DNA of 64,000 nucleotides from a bacterium (GTDB lineage Archaea > Thermoplasmatota > E2 > JACPAO01 > JAHFTW01). Below, piece after piece: positions 9,178 to 17,439 of the stretch; the first letter of the stretch is position 1, and each line of letters begins with the position of its first letter. Location of the stretch: positions 506,930 to 570,929 of the forward strand of contig JAZJZE010000009.1 of NCBI GenBank assembly GCA_040390065.1, written 5' to 3'. Position numbers and translations under genes: made by a program. The notes below the pieces were generated by a model that was given only the letters and a program-made list of their open reading frames with translations, was not told the DNA's origin and searched no databases.

Positions 9178-9321
9178 GGAAAAAGCGGAACCCCCCGAAG
9201 CCCAGTTCCGAACCTCCCCCACCCATAAAATAGGTTTAACACCAAAGAGTGTTTACCGGAGGGCCCCCGACGTCGTCGTCGGTTCCCCAGCCACCGTTGG
9301 CACGGGTTCCGCAGAACCCGT

Positions 9322-10566
9322 TCAAACGCCGTTGTCGTACTCGCCCTTGCGCGCCGTCTCAATCCAGCGCTTGGCGACGACGGGGGTGATGTCGAGGCCC
9401 TGGATGCGGACCTTGCGGCTGCGCTCCAATTCGCGGATCTTGTTGGACAGCGCCGTTGCGTCCTCGGCGGCCAACTGCTGGACGCTGCGGATGCCGGCCT
9501 TCACGAGGACTTCCGCCGATTGGGGCCCGATGCCCTTGAGGCGGATGAGTTTCGCCATCGCTTGCCACTCGGCGACGAGTTCGGGGGTCGCGTCGATGGT
9601 CTGCGCGATGTTCTCGGCGTTCACGGCGAGAAGCTGCGGGATGGTGATGACGCCCTGCGCGTTGAGGCGTGAGGCGTACACCTTGCCGATGCCTTCGATC
9701 TCCATGATGTGCTGCTTCTCCTCGCCGGGCTTGAGGACGACGGCCTGCTTCTCCGCCTTGGACTGCATGTCCATGGCGAAGTCCTCCATCTCCTTCTGCT
9801 TCACCAGCAGGAGGGATTCGCGCTTGCGCAGGTTGGCGACCTCGTTGTCGAGGGTCTGCCGGAGAGCGGCGTGCTCCATGTCGCGGCGCTCGATGGAGTC
9901 CATCGTCTCGTCGACGCGGACGTTGAGTTTCTTGTGGCCGGACTCGAGGGCGGCGACGCGCTCCTTGAGTTCCTGCAAGAGGGGCGAGTTGACCTTGTCG
10001 GCGGTGCGCAGGGCCTTCACGTCGCCAAGCAGGCTCGCGATGTCCTTCTGCATCTGCTCGATGGCACTCCGGTAGGCCGGCTCCTTCTCGAGAGCAAGGG
10101 CGCGGTTCATGGCGTCCTGGGCCATCTTCATGGCCTGGTTGGCGGCGCGGACGGCGTCCTGGATGCGCGAGTCCCACGCGTTGAACTCCTTGCGGATGTC
10201 GTCACGCATGCCGGCCAAGTCGCGGCGCAGGCCGTCGCGGAACTCGCGGGCCTCGTCGAGTTCGCGCTTGCGAGCCTCGGCCAGGCGGTCGGCTTCCAAC
10301 TTGAACATCTTGTCGACCTTCTTGTCGATGTCGAAGATGACGCCCACACGAGTGAGGAAGAGCGTGAGGATGATGGTCACGACCACGATGGCCAACAGGG
10401 CCGTGCGGGCGGCTTGCTCGAGGTTGAGCACACCTGCTCCGGGCAGGTACCCGAGACCGTAGATGAAGGCGAAGGCGACGCCGACCACCAAGATGACGCC
10501 AAGGAGGTTGAAGAAGCGGCGCTGCCGTGCCGCGAAGTCGTCAGGGGGGGCCAGGGGGTCTGCCAT
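9322..10566 (-). CDS. Membrane-anchored coiled-coil protein with C-terminal DUF4332-like tandem HhH domain
   Basis: Two N-terminal TM helices, a long coiled coil, then 'IMEIEGIGKVYASRL' and 'LIRLKGIGPQSAEVLVKAGIRSV'. Confidence 0.8.
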   Translation of the reverse strand: MADPLAPPDDFAARQRRFFNLLGVILVVGVAFAFIYGLGYLPGAGVLNLEQAARTALLAIVVVTIILTLFLTRVGVIFDIDKKVDKMFKLEADRLAEARKRELDEAREFRDGLRRDLAGMRDDIRKEFNAWDSRIQDAVRAANQAMKMAQDAMNRALALEKEPAYRSAIEQMQKDIASLLGDVKALRTADKVNSPLLQELKERVAALESGHKKLNVRVDETMDSIERRDMEHAALRQTLDNEVANLRKRESLLLVKQKEMEDFAMDMQSKAEKQAVVLKPGEEKQHIMEIEGIGKVYASRLNAQGVITIPQLLAVNAENIAQTIDATPELVAEWQAMAKLIRLKGIGPQSAEVLVKAGIRSVQQLAAEDATALSNKIRELERSRKVRIQGLDITPVVAKRWIETARKGEYDNGV

Positions 10567-10790
10567 GGAAGGCCGGCAGGGATTCCCCTGTAAAGCGTTT
10601 TCAGGTGACGCCTGCGGGATTCCAGAGGACAGAGCCAAGCCGTCCGACGCGTGGCGGCCACTGTGGGGGCCGCGGCTTCAACAGATGGGGCGGACGCTCC
10701 CCTGCCTGTCGAACGCCAACGACCGATTCCGCCCCTCCTGCGACGACGTCGACGCCCACAAAGGAATCGAAGGATTGGACCGCAGGCCAG

Positions 10791-10830
10791 GACGGCCGCG
10801 GACGGGCCTGGACGGCCATGGACGTCCGCG
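10791..10830. repeat. Four degenerate tandem 10-mers
   Basis: gacggccgcg / gacgggcctg / gacggccatg / gacgtccgcg, intergenic downstream of truD. Confidence 0.55.
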
Positions 10831-10893
10831 AGGGTTCCTCCAACTTTGCCAGAGGGAAGTGAACGTGGCGCCCGCGACACCCCCGACGGCCGG

Positions 10894-12180
10894 TCAGTAG
10901 TCGCCAATCGGGGCTTTCATGAATTCGCGCAGCACGACTGTTGCGTAGGACCCCTTGCCCAGAGCGAAGGCGAAGACCGGATCGCCGTCGACCCATGAGA
11001 CGGTGAGGTCGCGCACGGGTTGCAGGATGCCGCGGCGCCGTCCCTTGCTGGCCATTTCGGGGAGTTCGCGGACGCGGAAGTCTGCCGGGTGGACGCCTTC
11101 GTCGTCGAGGACGGCCTGCTCGACGTCGCCGGGGCGGCCTTGCGCCATCTCCACGGTGAGCCCGACGAGGGGCGCGGTGAGGGTTGCGCGTCCTTTGTCG
11201 AGTTCTCGTTGCACGCGCTCCAGGCTTGCCGCTGTGACGAGGTGGGTGTGGGTGCCGTCTTCGTCCACGCCCATGACGCGGTCGCCGACGTGGGCCCGTG
11301 CAACGCCGAGTCCGGCCTCGACGCGGGCGGAGAGGATGAGGTTGAACAGGTAGGACTGGTGGGCGTGGACGAAGAGTTGCAGCAGGTTCGGCGGCAATGC
11401 GCCGAGGGCGTTGCGCCAGTCGCCGGGTTTGCGAAGCAGCCGTTCGAGGATGGCCCGTTCGCCGTCGAGGTGGCGCGGATAGACGTCCAACGCGGCGCCT
11501 GGGTCGCGGGTCGTCTCGTAGACGGCGCGGGCGGCCAGTGCTTCTTCGCGTTCGCCGGCGACCGGATTACCGCAGTACAGGCGGACGGCTTCCTCGAGGT
11601 CGCCGTCGACGATGGCGCGGCCGACTAGGTGCGTGATGGCGCGCCAGGAGCCGCCGAAGCGCTGTGGCCCGAAGAAATTCGGCACTCCGCCCTCCGCGGC
11701 GATGGCCTTGGCCGCGGCGTCGACGGCGACGGTATCACGCGTCGAGTCGCGCACGCGGATGACGAAGCGGTTGCCCTCGTGGGCCCCGGCAAAGTGGGCC
11801 TTGCGCGTCGCGTACGTCTCCAGGACCTCGACGTCCGAGAGGGTGGAGAGTTTGCCCACGTCCGCGACGGGGGCCTTGAACGTGAACCACTGTTCCGTGA
11901 CGGCGCGCTTGTCCTTCATGCCGGCAAAGGCGACGTGCTCCCGGTAGATGCCAAGGCGCTTTGCGGCCTCGCCTGCGAAGCGGTTGGTTTCCCAGTTCTT
12001 CAGCCGGATGCGCGCGGCGGCATGGGCGCCCTCGGCAAACGGCTTGGGGCCCTCTCCGGTCTCGATGACGACGAAGTCCTCAGGCTCGCCGCGCAGCTTG
12101 CCGCCGATGCCGGCCGTCGCGGTGAGGTACGAGGCGAGGCCGAGCGCGCGCTCCTCGTCGGGTGGAACGGGTCGCGTCAA
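10894..12180 (-). CDS. truD: tRNA pseudouridine(13) synthase
   Basis: 'GIGGKLRGEPEDFVVIE', 'FAGMKDKRAVTEQW', 'GVPNFFGPQRFG', 'HAHQSYLFN', 'FALGKGSYATVVLRE'; start estimated (TTG). Confidence 0.95.
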   Translation of the reverse strand: MTRPVPPDEERALGLASYLTATAGIGGKLRGEPEDFVVIETGEGPKPFAEGAHAAARIRLKNWETNRFAGEAAKRLGIYREHVAFAGMKDKRAVTEQWFTFKAPVADVGKLSTLSDVEVLETYATRKAHFAGAHEGNRFVIRVRDSTRDTVAVDAAAKAIAAEGGVPNFFGPQRFGGSWRAITHLVGRAIVDGDLEEAVRLYCGNPVAGEREEALAARAVYETTRDPGAALDVYPRHLDGERAILERLLRKPGDWRNALGALPPNLLQLFVHAHQSYLFNLILSARVEAGLGVARAHVGDRVMGVDEDGTHTHLVTAASLERVQRELDKGRATLTAPLVGLTVEMAQGRPGDVEQAVLDDEGVHPADFRVRELPEMASKGRRRGILQPVRDLTVSWVDGDPVFAFALGKGSYATVVLREFMKAPIGDY

Positions 12181-12316
12181 CGAGGCGGCGAGGAGGCATC
12201 CCGTGAAAAGGTCAAGCGCGGGGGACTTGCGGGTGCGTCCAGCGGACCGGACGGCGGCATCGGTGGGCTTTCCGTCATGGCAAACGGCACCCGTCGCGCG
12301 CCTCAAGGCCAGGGGA

Positions 12317-12690
12317 CGGCCACGTCATCCTCCGACGGCGGCGCGGGCAACGAGGTGGCCGCGTGGCTGGGTGTGGGAGGCCATGGAGAACAGGAATCAA
12401 GTGGAGAGAAACGGAATGCGTTCTCGTTTTCCCGTGGTCTCCGGTTCTCCCAGGCCGTCTTTGCCTGAAAGGCCGCGAAGTCGCCGAAGAGTGGAAAGGT
12501 CGCTTTCCGCGTTTTTCGGTGGCTTCCAGCTCTTTCAGGCCCCCGGCGGCCCCAGCCATCGCTTCGCTCCGCTTGCCATGCCCTCGCACGCCCGCGCTGC
12601 GCCGCGGGCAGCTCGCCCCGACCGGGGGCTGCGTCGCCTCCCTGCCATTCCTTCAAGGCGTCGGCGCCGTCGGAGGAACGTGGGAATGGC
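12317..12690. repeat. Composite structured dispersed element, copy 1
   Basis: Module A hairpin 12317-12361, central hairpins 12379-12456 and 12463-12540, module C 12541-12690; A and C recur in the same order at 61542-61893. Confidence 0.85.
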
Positions 12691-12747
12691 GCGTCGGTCT
12701 TGACCCGCAGGTTGGCCGGTCTTCCGCGGCTTCCTGGATGTCCAGGC

Positions 12748-12911
12748 CTAGAGTCTGACGCAAAAGTAGCCTGTCCGCCGGGCAATCCGCAGCGTGCCGG
12801 CTGCTAGGAAGGGGCCCGCAGGCGTACTGGAGGTACGGCCAGGGCCCCTGACGACGCAGACGGTCGGCTCCGGGCAGCCCGGCGTCAGGGGACTTTTGCG
12901 TCAGACGTTAG
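12748..12911. mobile_element. MITE-like element (~160 bp)
   Basis: Perfect 15-bp terminal IR gtctgacgcaaaagt (12753-12767) / acttttgcgtcagac (12892-12906), extendable to 20 bp with 2 mismatches; internal aggggccc..cgtac/gtacg..gggcccct hairpin; no transposase ORF. Confidence 0.75.
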
Positions 12912-13195
12912 TTGCGCTTCTTCAACTCGGCTGCAAACGCGTGCTCGAGCGCGTCGAATTCGCCGATCAGGGACTTGATGGTGCGCTTGAGGACGACGTC
13001 CGGCTTGACCTTGCCTTTCGTGCGCACGAAGATCTTCGGCGTGGAGAGGCTCGGGTGTTCGATGATGTATTCGGCGAAGTCGACGTCCTTGTCCGCGAGC
13101 AGGGCCTGCTTGATGGGGTTGAGGAGCGTCTCGTTCTCGCCCACGACCTCGATCTCCAATTCGTTGGCGGTGCTGGAGATGACGGTGAGCTTCAT
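12908..13195 (-). CDS. rpoL: RNA polymerase subunit L (Rpo11)
   Basis: 'ELEIEVVGENETLLNPIKQALLADKDVDFAEYIIEHP'. Confidence 0.95.
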   Translation of the reverse strand: MKLTVISSTANELEIEVVGENETLLNPIKQALLADKDVDFAEYIIEHPSLSTPKIFVRTKGKVKPDVVLKRTIKSLIGEFDALEHAFAAELKKRN

Positions 13196-13218
13196 GGGCT
13201 TCGCGACAAGGAGGTGTT

Positions 13219-13225
13219 CTTTAAG
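13219..13225 (-). promoter_or_regulatory. Putative TATA box of rpoL
   Basis: CTTAAAG 24-30 nt upstream of the ATG in a GC-rich background, consistent with a leaderless transcript. Confidence 0.5.
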
Positions 13226-13274
13226 GCTTGGGGCCGGGCCGGATGGCCGGCCGAGCCGGAGAAAGCACTCCGTA

Positions 13275-14384
13275 TCACTGGATAGCGAGGCCTTTCTTCA
13301 TGATGCGGCGGCGCATGACGAGGTAGATGCCGAAGCTCACGACCATGAGCACGACGGAGTAGGCGGCGGCAAGCTCGAGTTGGCCCGCCTCGGCGAACTC
13401 GTAGATGGCGATGGGGCTGGTCTTGAGGACGGCGGAGACGACGATGATGGTGGCGCCGAATTCGGCGACACTTCGGCTGAAGACGAGGACGCCGCCGGCC
13501 AGCAGGCCCGGCTTGATGAGGGGAAGGACGATGGTGCGGAACACCGTGAAGCGGCCGGCTCCCAGGCTGCGCGCGGCCATCTCCAGGTTGGGGGGGATCT
13601 GTTCGAGGACGGTGCTGACGGTGCGCACCATGTAGGGGAACGTCTCGAGGACGTGGGCAAAGACCACGATCCAGAGAGTCCACGTGAAGGACATGGGGCT
13701 CTTGAAGAGGAAATCCGTGAGCGCGTGGATGGGGCCGTAGGGGCCGTAGAATGACAGCAGCGCCAGGCCGACGACGACGCTCGGCAGCGCGATGGTCAGG
13801 TTGCTCATGGCGTCCATGGCCTGCGATCCGAAGATGCGGCGCCGGGCGGTGGCGTAGGCGATGAGCGTGCCAAGAAACAGTTGCACGCAGACGACCAGGG
13901 TGGCCACTTCGAAGCTGCGAAACAGCGGCTGGTACAGGGCGGGCTTGCTGAAGAGTTCCTTGTACCAGTGGCCGGTGAATCCGCCGAGGCCCTGGAAGAT
14001 GGATGGCGAGAGGCTGAATGCGGCGACCGTCAGGAGGGGGCCGAGGACGAAGAAGGCGAACAATGCCCAGATGAAGATGGTCCAGGTGAGCCGCCCGACG
14101 TTCTGGCGCACCGTCAGCCAAGGGCGCCGTGCGGGGGGAAGGCCGCGCCCGACGGGTTCCCCGGGGCCGGGAGGGCGCGGTGCTGGGCGCACGATGGCGG
14201 CCTGAGGCCGGGCGGGTTGAGGGGCTGGCGGCTGTGGGCCCGTGGGAACTGGCGGCCTCGCGGGTGCGGGCGTCGGCGCACGACTTGGGACCGGCATGCG
14301 CACGACCGTCGGCGGGCCGGTCTGTGGCGGGCGCGGCGGCGGCTGGGGCGGTGCCCGCGGCGGCGGCTTTGGCTTGGCGGTCAC
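13275..14384 (-). CDS. ABC importer permease with Pro-rich N-terminal extension
   Basis: EAA-loop motif 'LEMAARSLGAGRFTVFRTIVLP', 'FSRSVAEFGA'; GTGA overlap with the binding-protein gene. Confidence 0.9.
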   Translation of the reverse strand: MTAKPKPPPRAPPQPPPRPPQTGPPTVVRMPVPSRAPTPAPARPPVPTGPQPPAPQPARPQAAIVRPAPRPPGPGEPVGRGLPPARRPWLTVRQNVGRLTWTIFIWALFAFFVLGPLLTVAAFSLSPSIFQGLGGFTGHWYKELFSKPALYQPLFRSFEVATLVVCVQLFLGTLIAYATARRRIFGSQAMDAMSNLTIALPSVVVGLALLSFYGPYGPIHALTDFLFKSPMSFTWTLWIVVFAHVLETFPYMVRTVSTVLEQIPPNLEMAARSLGAGRFTVFRTIVLPLIKPGLLAGGVLVFSRSVAEFGATIIVVSAVLKTSPIAIYEFAEAGQLELAAAYSVVLMVVSFGIYLVMRRRIMKKGLAIQ

Positions 14385-15355
14385 GCTTTCACCTGGTAGG
14401 CCGGCAGTGCGCTTTCCAGGTCTGCCCACATGGACCAGTCATACTCGATGATCCGCGCACCAGTGAGGTCGAGACCAGCCCCCGCATGGCCGGGCACCGT
14501 GGGGCGCAGCATGACGCTCGCCAATTGGTCCTGGACGCTGGCGGAGAAGAGGTGGTCGATGAACTGCGCCCCGCCGGGGTGGGGGTGGTTCTTGACGAGC
14601 GCAGCGGCAAACAGCACCATGGTCGTGGCATCCTCGCCGTGGATACGCGGCAGCGTGTATGCGACCTTCGCGCCTTGTTTCTGGTACAGGGACGCCACGG
14701 CCTCGTACCCGAGAGTGACGTCGAACGAGCCGTCGGCGACGCCGCCGATGTTGGCGCGTGCGTTGGTGGGTTGCACGACGGTGTGCTCGACGGCGCGCTG
14801 GCCGGCCTCCTTGTCCAGCGTCTCGAAGAACATTGCCGCGTAGACGCCATTGTTCGACAGAAGTGGGTGCGGCAGCCCGAAGCGCATTGGCGTGAGGGCG
14901 AGGTCCGGTGGGGCGGCGAGTGCGGGCGTGTAGACCTCGACCAGGGGGCTCTGGGCAAACGCGGTCCAGATCTGGCCGCCGTCAGGGGCGCGCCGTTGCG
15001 GCGTGTCGGACTGCTCCGTTCCGGGCGGCCCCGGGTGCGACTCGAAGATCCCCGCCGCAAACCCCTTTTCCAGGTAGAGCGGCGAGGCGTGCAGGAAGAC
15101 GTCGGCCTCGGGGCGGTCGCGTGACATGAGCACGCGGTAGTACTCGTCGCCAGCGGCCAGGTAGACGAGCTTGACGTGGATGCCTGTCTCCGCCTCGAAG
15201 CCGGGGACGATCGCCTTCTCGAGGACGTCCTTGAGGGCAGGGGTCGTGTAGATGACCAACGTGTTCCCTTCGACGCGTCGCAGGTCGAGGGCGGAGACGG
15301 CCGCGACGGTGAACAACGCCACGAGGAGCCAGGCGGTCGGGCTAGGTCGCCGCAA
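14381..15355 (-). CDS. ABC substrate-binding protein (Fe3+/thiamine/polyamine-type)
   Basis: 'LVIYT...FEAETGIHVK...RPEADVF', 'ALVKNHPHPGGAQFIDHLFSASVQ'. Confidence 0.85.
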   Translation of the reverse strand: MRRPSPTAWLLVALFTVAAVSALDLRRVEGNTLVIYTTPALKDVLEKAIVPGFEAETGIHVKLVYLAAGDEYYRVLMSRDRPEADVFLHASPLYLEKGFAAGIFESHPGPPGTEQSDTPQRRAPDGGQIWTAFAQSPLVEVYTPALAAPPDLALTPMRFGLPHPLLSNNGVYAAMFFETLDKEAGQRAVEHTVVQPTNARANIGGVADGSFDVTLGYEAVASLYQKQGAKVAYTLPRIHGEDATTMVLFAAALVKNHPHPGGAQFIDHLFSASVQDQLASVMLRPTVPGHAGAGLDLTGARIIEYDWSMWADLESALPAYQVKA

Positions 15356-16229
15356 TGGGCCAGACCTCCACGGATTCGCGCTCGGGGCCCTTCTTCACCA
15401 TGACGTGCACCTCGTCGCCGACGTTGACGGAGTCGATCGACACGGGGATGCGGGCGCCGCCCTGCGCGACCACGTAGCGGTTGCCGTTGCGGTCCTCCTT
15501 CACGGTGGCCCTGTGGAAGACGAGCATGCGCACGAAGTCTTGCACGAACGGGTGCGGGTTGCGCATCACCGTCTCCGGGTCGCCTTCCACCACGACCTCG
15601 CCCTTGTTGAGCACGACGACGTGTTTGGCAAAGAGGAACGCCTCCTCCTGGTCGTGCGTGACGAGGATGGTCGTGAGCCGGAGGCGCTGGATGATCTGGC
15701 GTACTTGGTGGACCAATTCGACGCGCGTCGTGGCATCGAGGGCCGTGAAGGCTTCGTCGAGAAGCAGCAGGCGCGGCTCGACGGCAAGCACGCGTGCCAG
15801 GGCGACGCGCTGCTGCTCGCCGCCGGACAAGGTCGCCGGCATGGCGTTGCCCTTGCGTTCCAGCTTCACCAATGCCAGGAGTTCGCCGACCTTCTTCTGG
15901 ATCGCCACCGGGTCCATGCGGCGGATCTTCATGCCATAGCCGATGTTCTCGGCCACCGTCATGTGCGGAAACAGCGCGTAATTCTGGTACACGATGCCGA
16001 CCTTGCGCTTCTCGACGTGTGTGAGGGTGACGTCTTGGCCGTCGAAGTAGACGCGGCCGTGGTCCGGGATGAGCTCGCCCAGGATGCAGCGCAAGACCGT
16101 CGTCTTGCCACATCCCGACGGCCCGACCAGGGACACGATGGAACCAGGCCGCACGTCGAAGCTCACACCTTTCAGGATCTTCTTCGTGCCGAGGCGCTTG
16201 TGGATGTCCTCGATGCGGACGCGGGTCAT
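15342..16229 (-). CDS. ABC importer ATPase (PotA/FbpC/CysA-like)
   Basis: Walker A GPSGCGKTT, 'YQNYALFPHMTV', LSGGEQQRVALAR, LLLDE. Confidence 0.93.
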   Translation of the reverse strand: MTRVRIEDIHKRLGTKKILKGVSFDVRPGSIVSLVGPSGCGKTTVLRCILGELIPDHGRVYFDGQDVTLTHVEKRKVGIVYQNYALFPHMTVAENIGYGMKIRRMDPVAIQKKVGELLALVKLERKGNAMPATLSGGEQQRVALARVLAVEPRLLLLDEAFTALDATTRVELVHQVRQIIQRLRLTTILVTHDQEEAFLFAKHVVVLNKGEVVVEGDPETVMRNPHPFVQDFVRMLVFHRATVKEDRNGNRYVVAQGGARIPVSIDSVNVGDEVHVMVKKGPERESVEVWPIAAT

Positions 16230-16379
16230 GCCCCTCCGCGCGAGCCGAGTGCCAAAGCCGTGCTCATCTGCACCGCCACACGGGTCGCGTCCAAGATAAG
16301 GCTGCCGCGGTGGGCAACAATCCTCCGTCAGGGATGAAACGCGGATGGGCCGCGGAATCCGCGGCGCAGCCGGAGACCG

Positions 16380-16958
16380 TCAGACCTGGCCGGAGCCGTA
16401 GTCGGAGGCCATCTTGCGCTGCTCCGCGCGCCCCGTCTCGGGGTCCTTGAGGCGGCGGCCGTCGAGGACGAGTTGCGCGCCTGAGGGGCCGAAGGCCTTG
16501 ACGCAGCCGAGGTCCGGCTTGTCCGTGGCCAATTGGGGGCCTCCCTTCATGCCGATGACCTTGGCGCGGATGTAGTCGCCACAGGCGTATTCCTCGCGCA
16601 CGTCCTTGATGTAGCGCGCGTCGATCTTGCTGACGTGCAGCGTGCCTTCGACCTGCTGCAGGATGGAGCGGCCTTCCTTGCCGCGCACGGCGAGGATCTT
16701 GACGGAGGCCAGCGTCTCGGGTTTGATGTAGGTCACCATGCCGATGACGACGTCTCCTTTCTCGATGGCGGCCACCGACTTGCCGGCGGGCTGCACGGAG
16801 AGGGTCATGGTCTGGGGATCCACTTGCTGGGTGCCGTAGACGGCGGCGCGGATCTGGGTGCCATCGTCGTAGGTGCCGGCGCCTGCGAGGAGCTCCTCGG
16901 AGTAAGCCAGCGGCGTGCCGGGTTCCACCAGGGTGCCGGGCTTGTCGTTCTTGTCCAT
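16380..16958 (-). CDS. csl4: Exosome complex RNA-binding protein Csl4
   Basis: 'LVEPGTPLAYSEELLAGAGTY', S1 domain 'GDYIRAKVI', 'DLGCVKA', C-terminal 'EQRKMASDYG'; TTTTAAA box at 16981-16987 supports ATG 16958. Confidence 0.9.
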   Translation of the reverse strand: MDKNDKPGTLVEPGTPLAYSEELLAGAGTYDDGTQIRAAVYGTQQVDPQTMTLSVQPAGKSVAAIEKGDVVIGMVTYIKPETLASVKILAVRGKEGRSILQQVEGTLHVSKIDARYIKDVREEYACGDYIRAKVIGMKGGPQLATDKPDLGCVKAFGPSGAQLVLDGRRLKDPETGRAEQRKMASDYGSGQV

Positions 16959-17080
16959 TGCGTCGCCGACGGCCAGCCGCTTTAAAACCGTCCGCTTGGG
17001 CGCCATAGGCCATGGCTGTGCCGTGGACGGGCCGGCCACCAAGACAAGGGAAAAATAGCTCGGCGCAGAAACAATGTCCC

Positions 17081-17434
17081 ATGGTGCGCAAGCGCCGCCC
17101 TGAACTCCAGACCGCCCTGCAGCGCCTTGGCGCCAAGCGCGTGGAAGCCGTGCTCGTGTCCCTTCTTGCCCAGGAAGGGGAACTGGGCACCAGGCAAATC
17201 GTCGAGACGAGCGGCCTGCGTCAACCCGAGGTCTCGGTCGGCATGCGCGACCTGCGGCGGCGCGGCTGGGTCGAGGCAGACGCCATCGCGGGCCACGGCA
17301 AGGGTCGGCCCATGCACCGCTACCACCTCGCCGTCTCGCCGGCCGTGCTGAGGCGGCACTACGAAGAGCAGGGCAAACGCACGGTGGCCGACTTCGAGCA
17401 GGCGCTGCGCCTCGTACGCAAGTCACTGTCCTGA
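17081..17434 (+). CDS. Winged-helix transcriptional regulator (COG4738-like)
   Basis: 'SGLRQPEVSVGMRDLRRRGWV...GKGRPMHRY'. Confidence 0.8.
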   Translation: MVRKRRPELQTALQRLGAKRVEAVLVSLLAQEGELGTRQIVETSGLRQPEVSVGMRDLRRRGWVEADAIAGHGKGRPMHRYHLAVSPAVLRRHYEEQGKRTVADFEQALRLVRKSLS

Positions 17435-17439
17435 TTCCT

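Larger units (their letters stand above)
5074..9240 (+). mobile_element. Integrated plasmid/ICE-like remnant (Zn-finger, wHTH, ArdC, ParB genes)
   Basis: Co-oriented genes, several translationally coupled, typical of plasmids; no integrase, relaxase or att site seen in the window; boundaries approximate. Confidence 0.6.

Noticed and set aside
8920-9222. Minus-strand ORF with a faint MobC/RHH-like start (MRKDVETRVKTRVSE)
   Set aside because: The rest of the frame is not RHH-like and overlaps the terminator and repeat cluster.
9255-9321. Possible tRNA or att site at the island edge
   Set aside because: No cloverleaf or T-loop consensus; only a short cgggttc/gaacccg hairpin after the DUF4332 stop, and no matching repeat elsewhere in the window.
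12700-12907. Possible SRP RNA or RNase P RNA
   Set aside because: No recognisable helix-8 or P4 consensus; the terminal IRs fit a MITE better.
16230-16379. Riboswitch upstream of the ABC importer
   Set aside because: No TPP, cobalamin or other consensus I could recognise.
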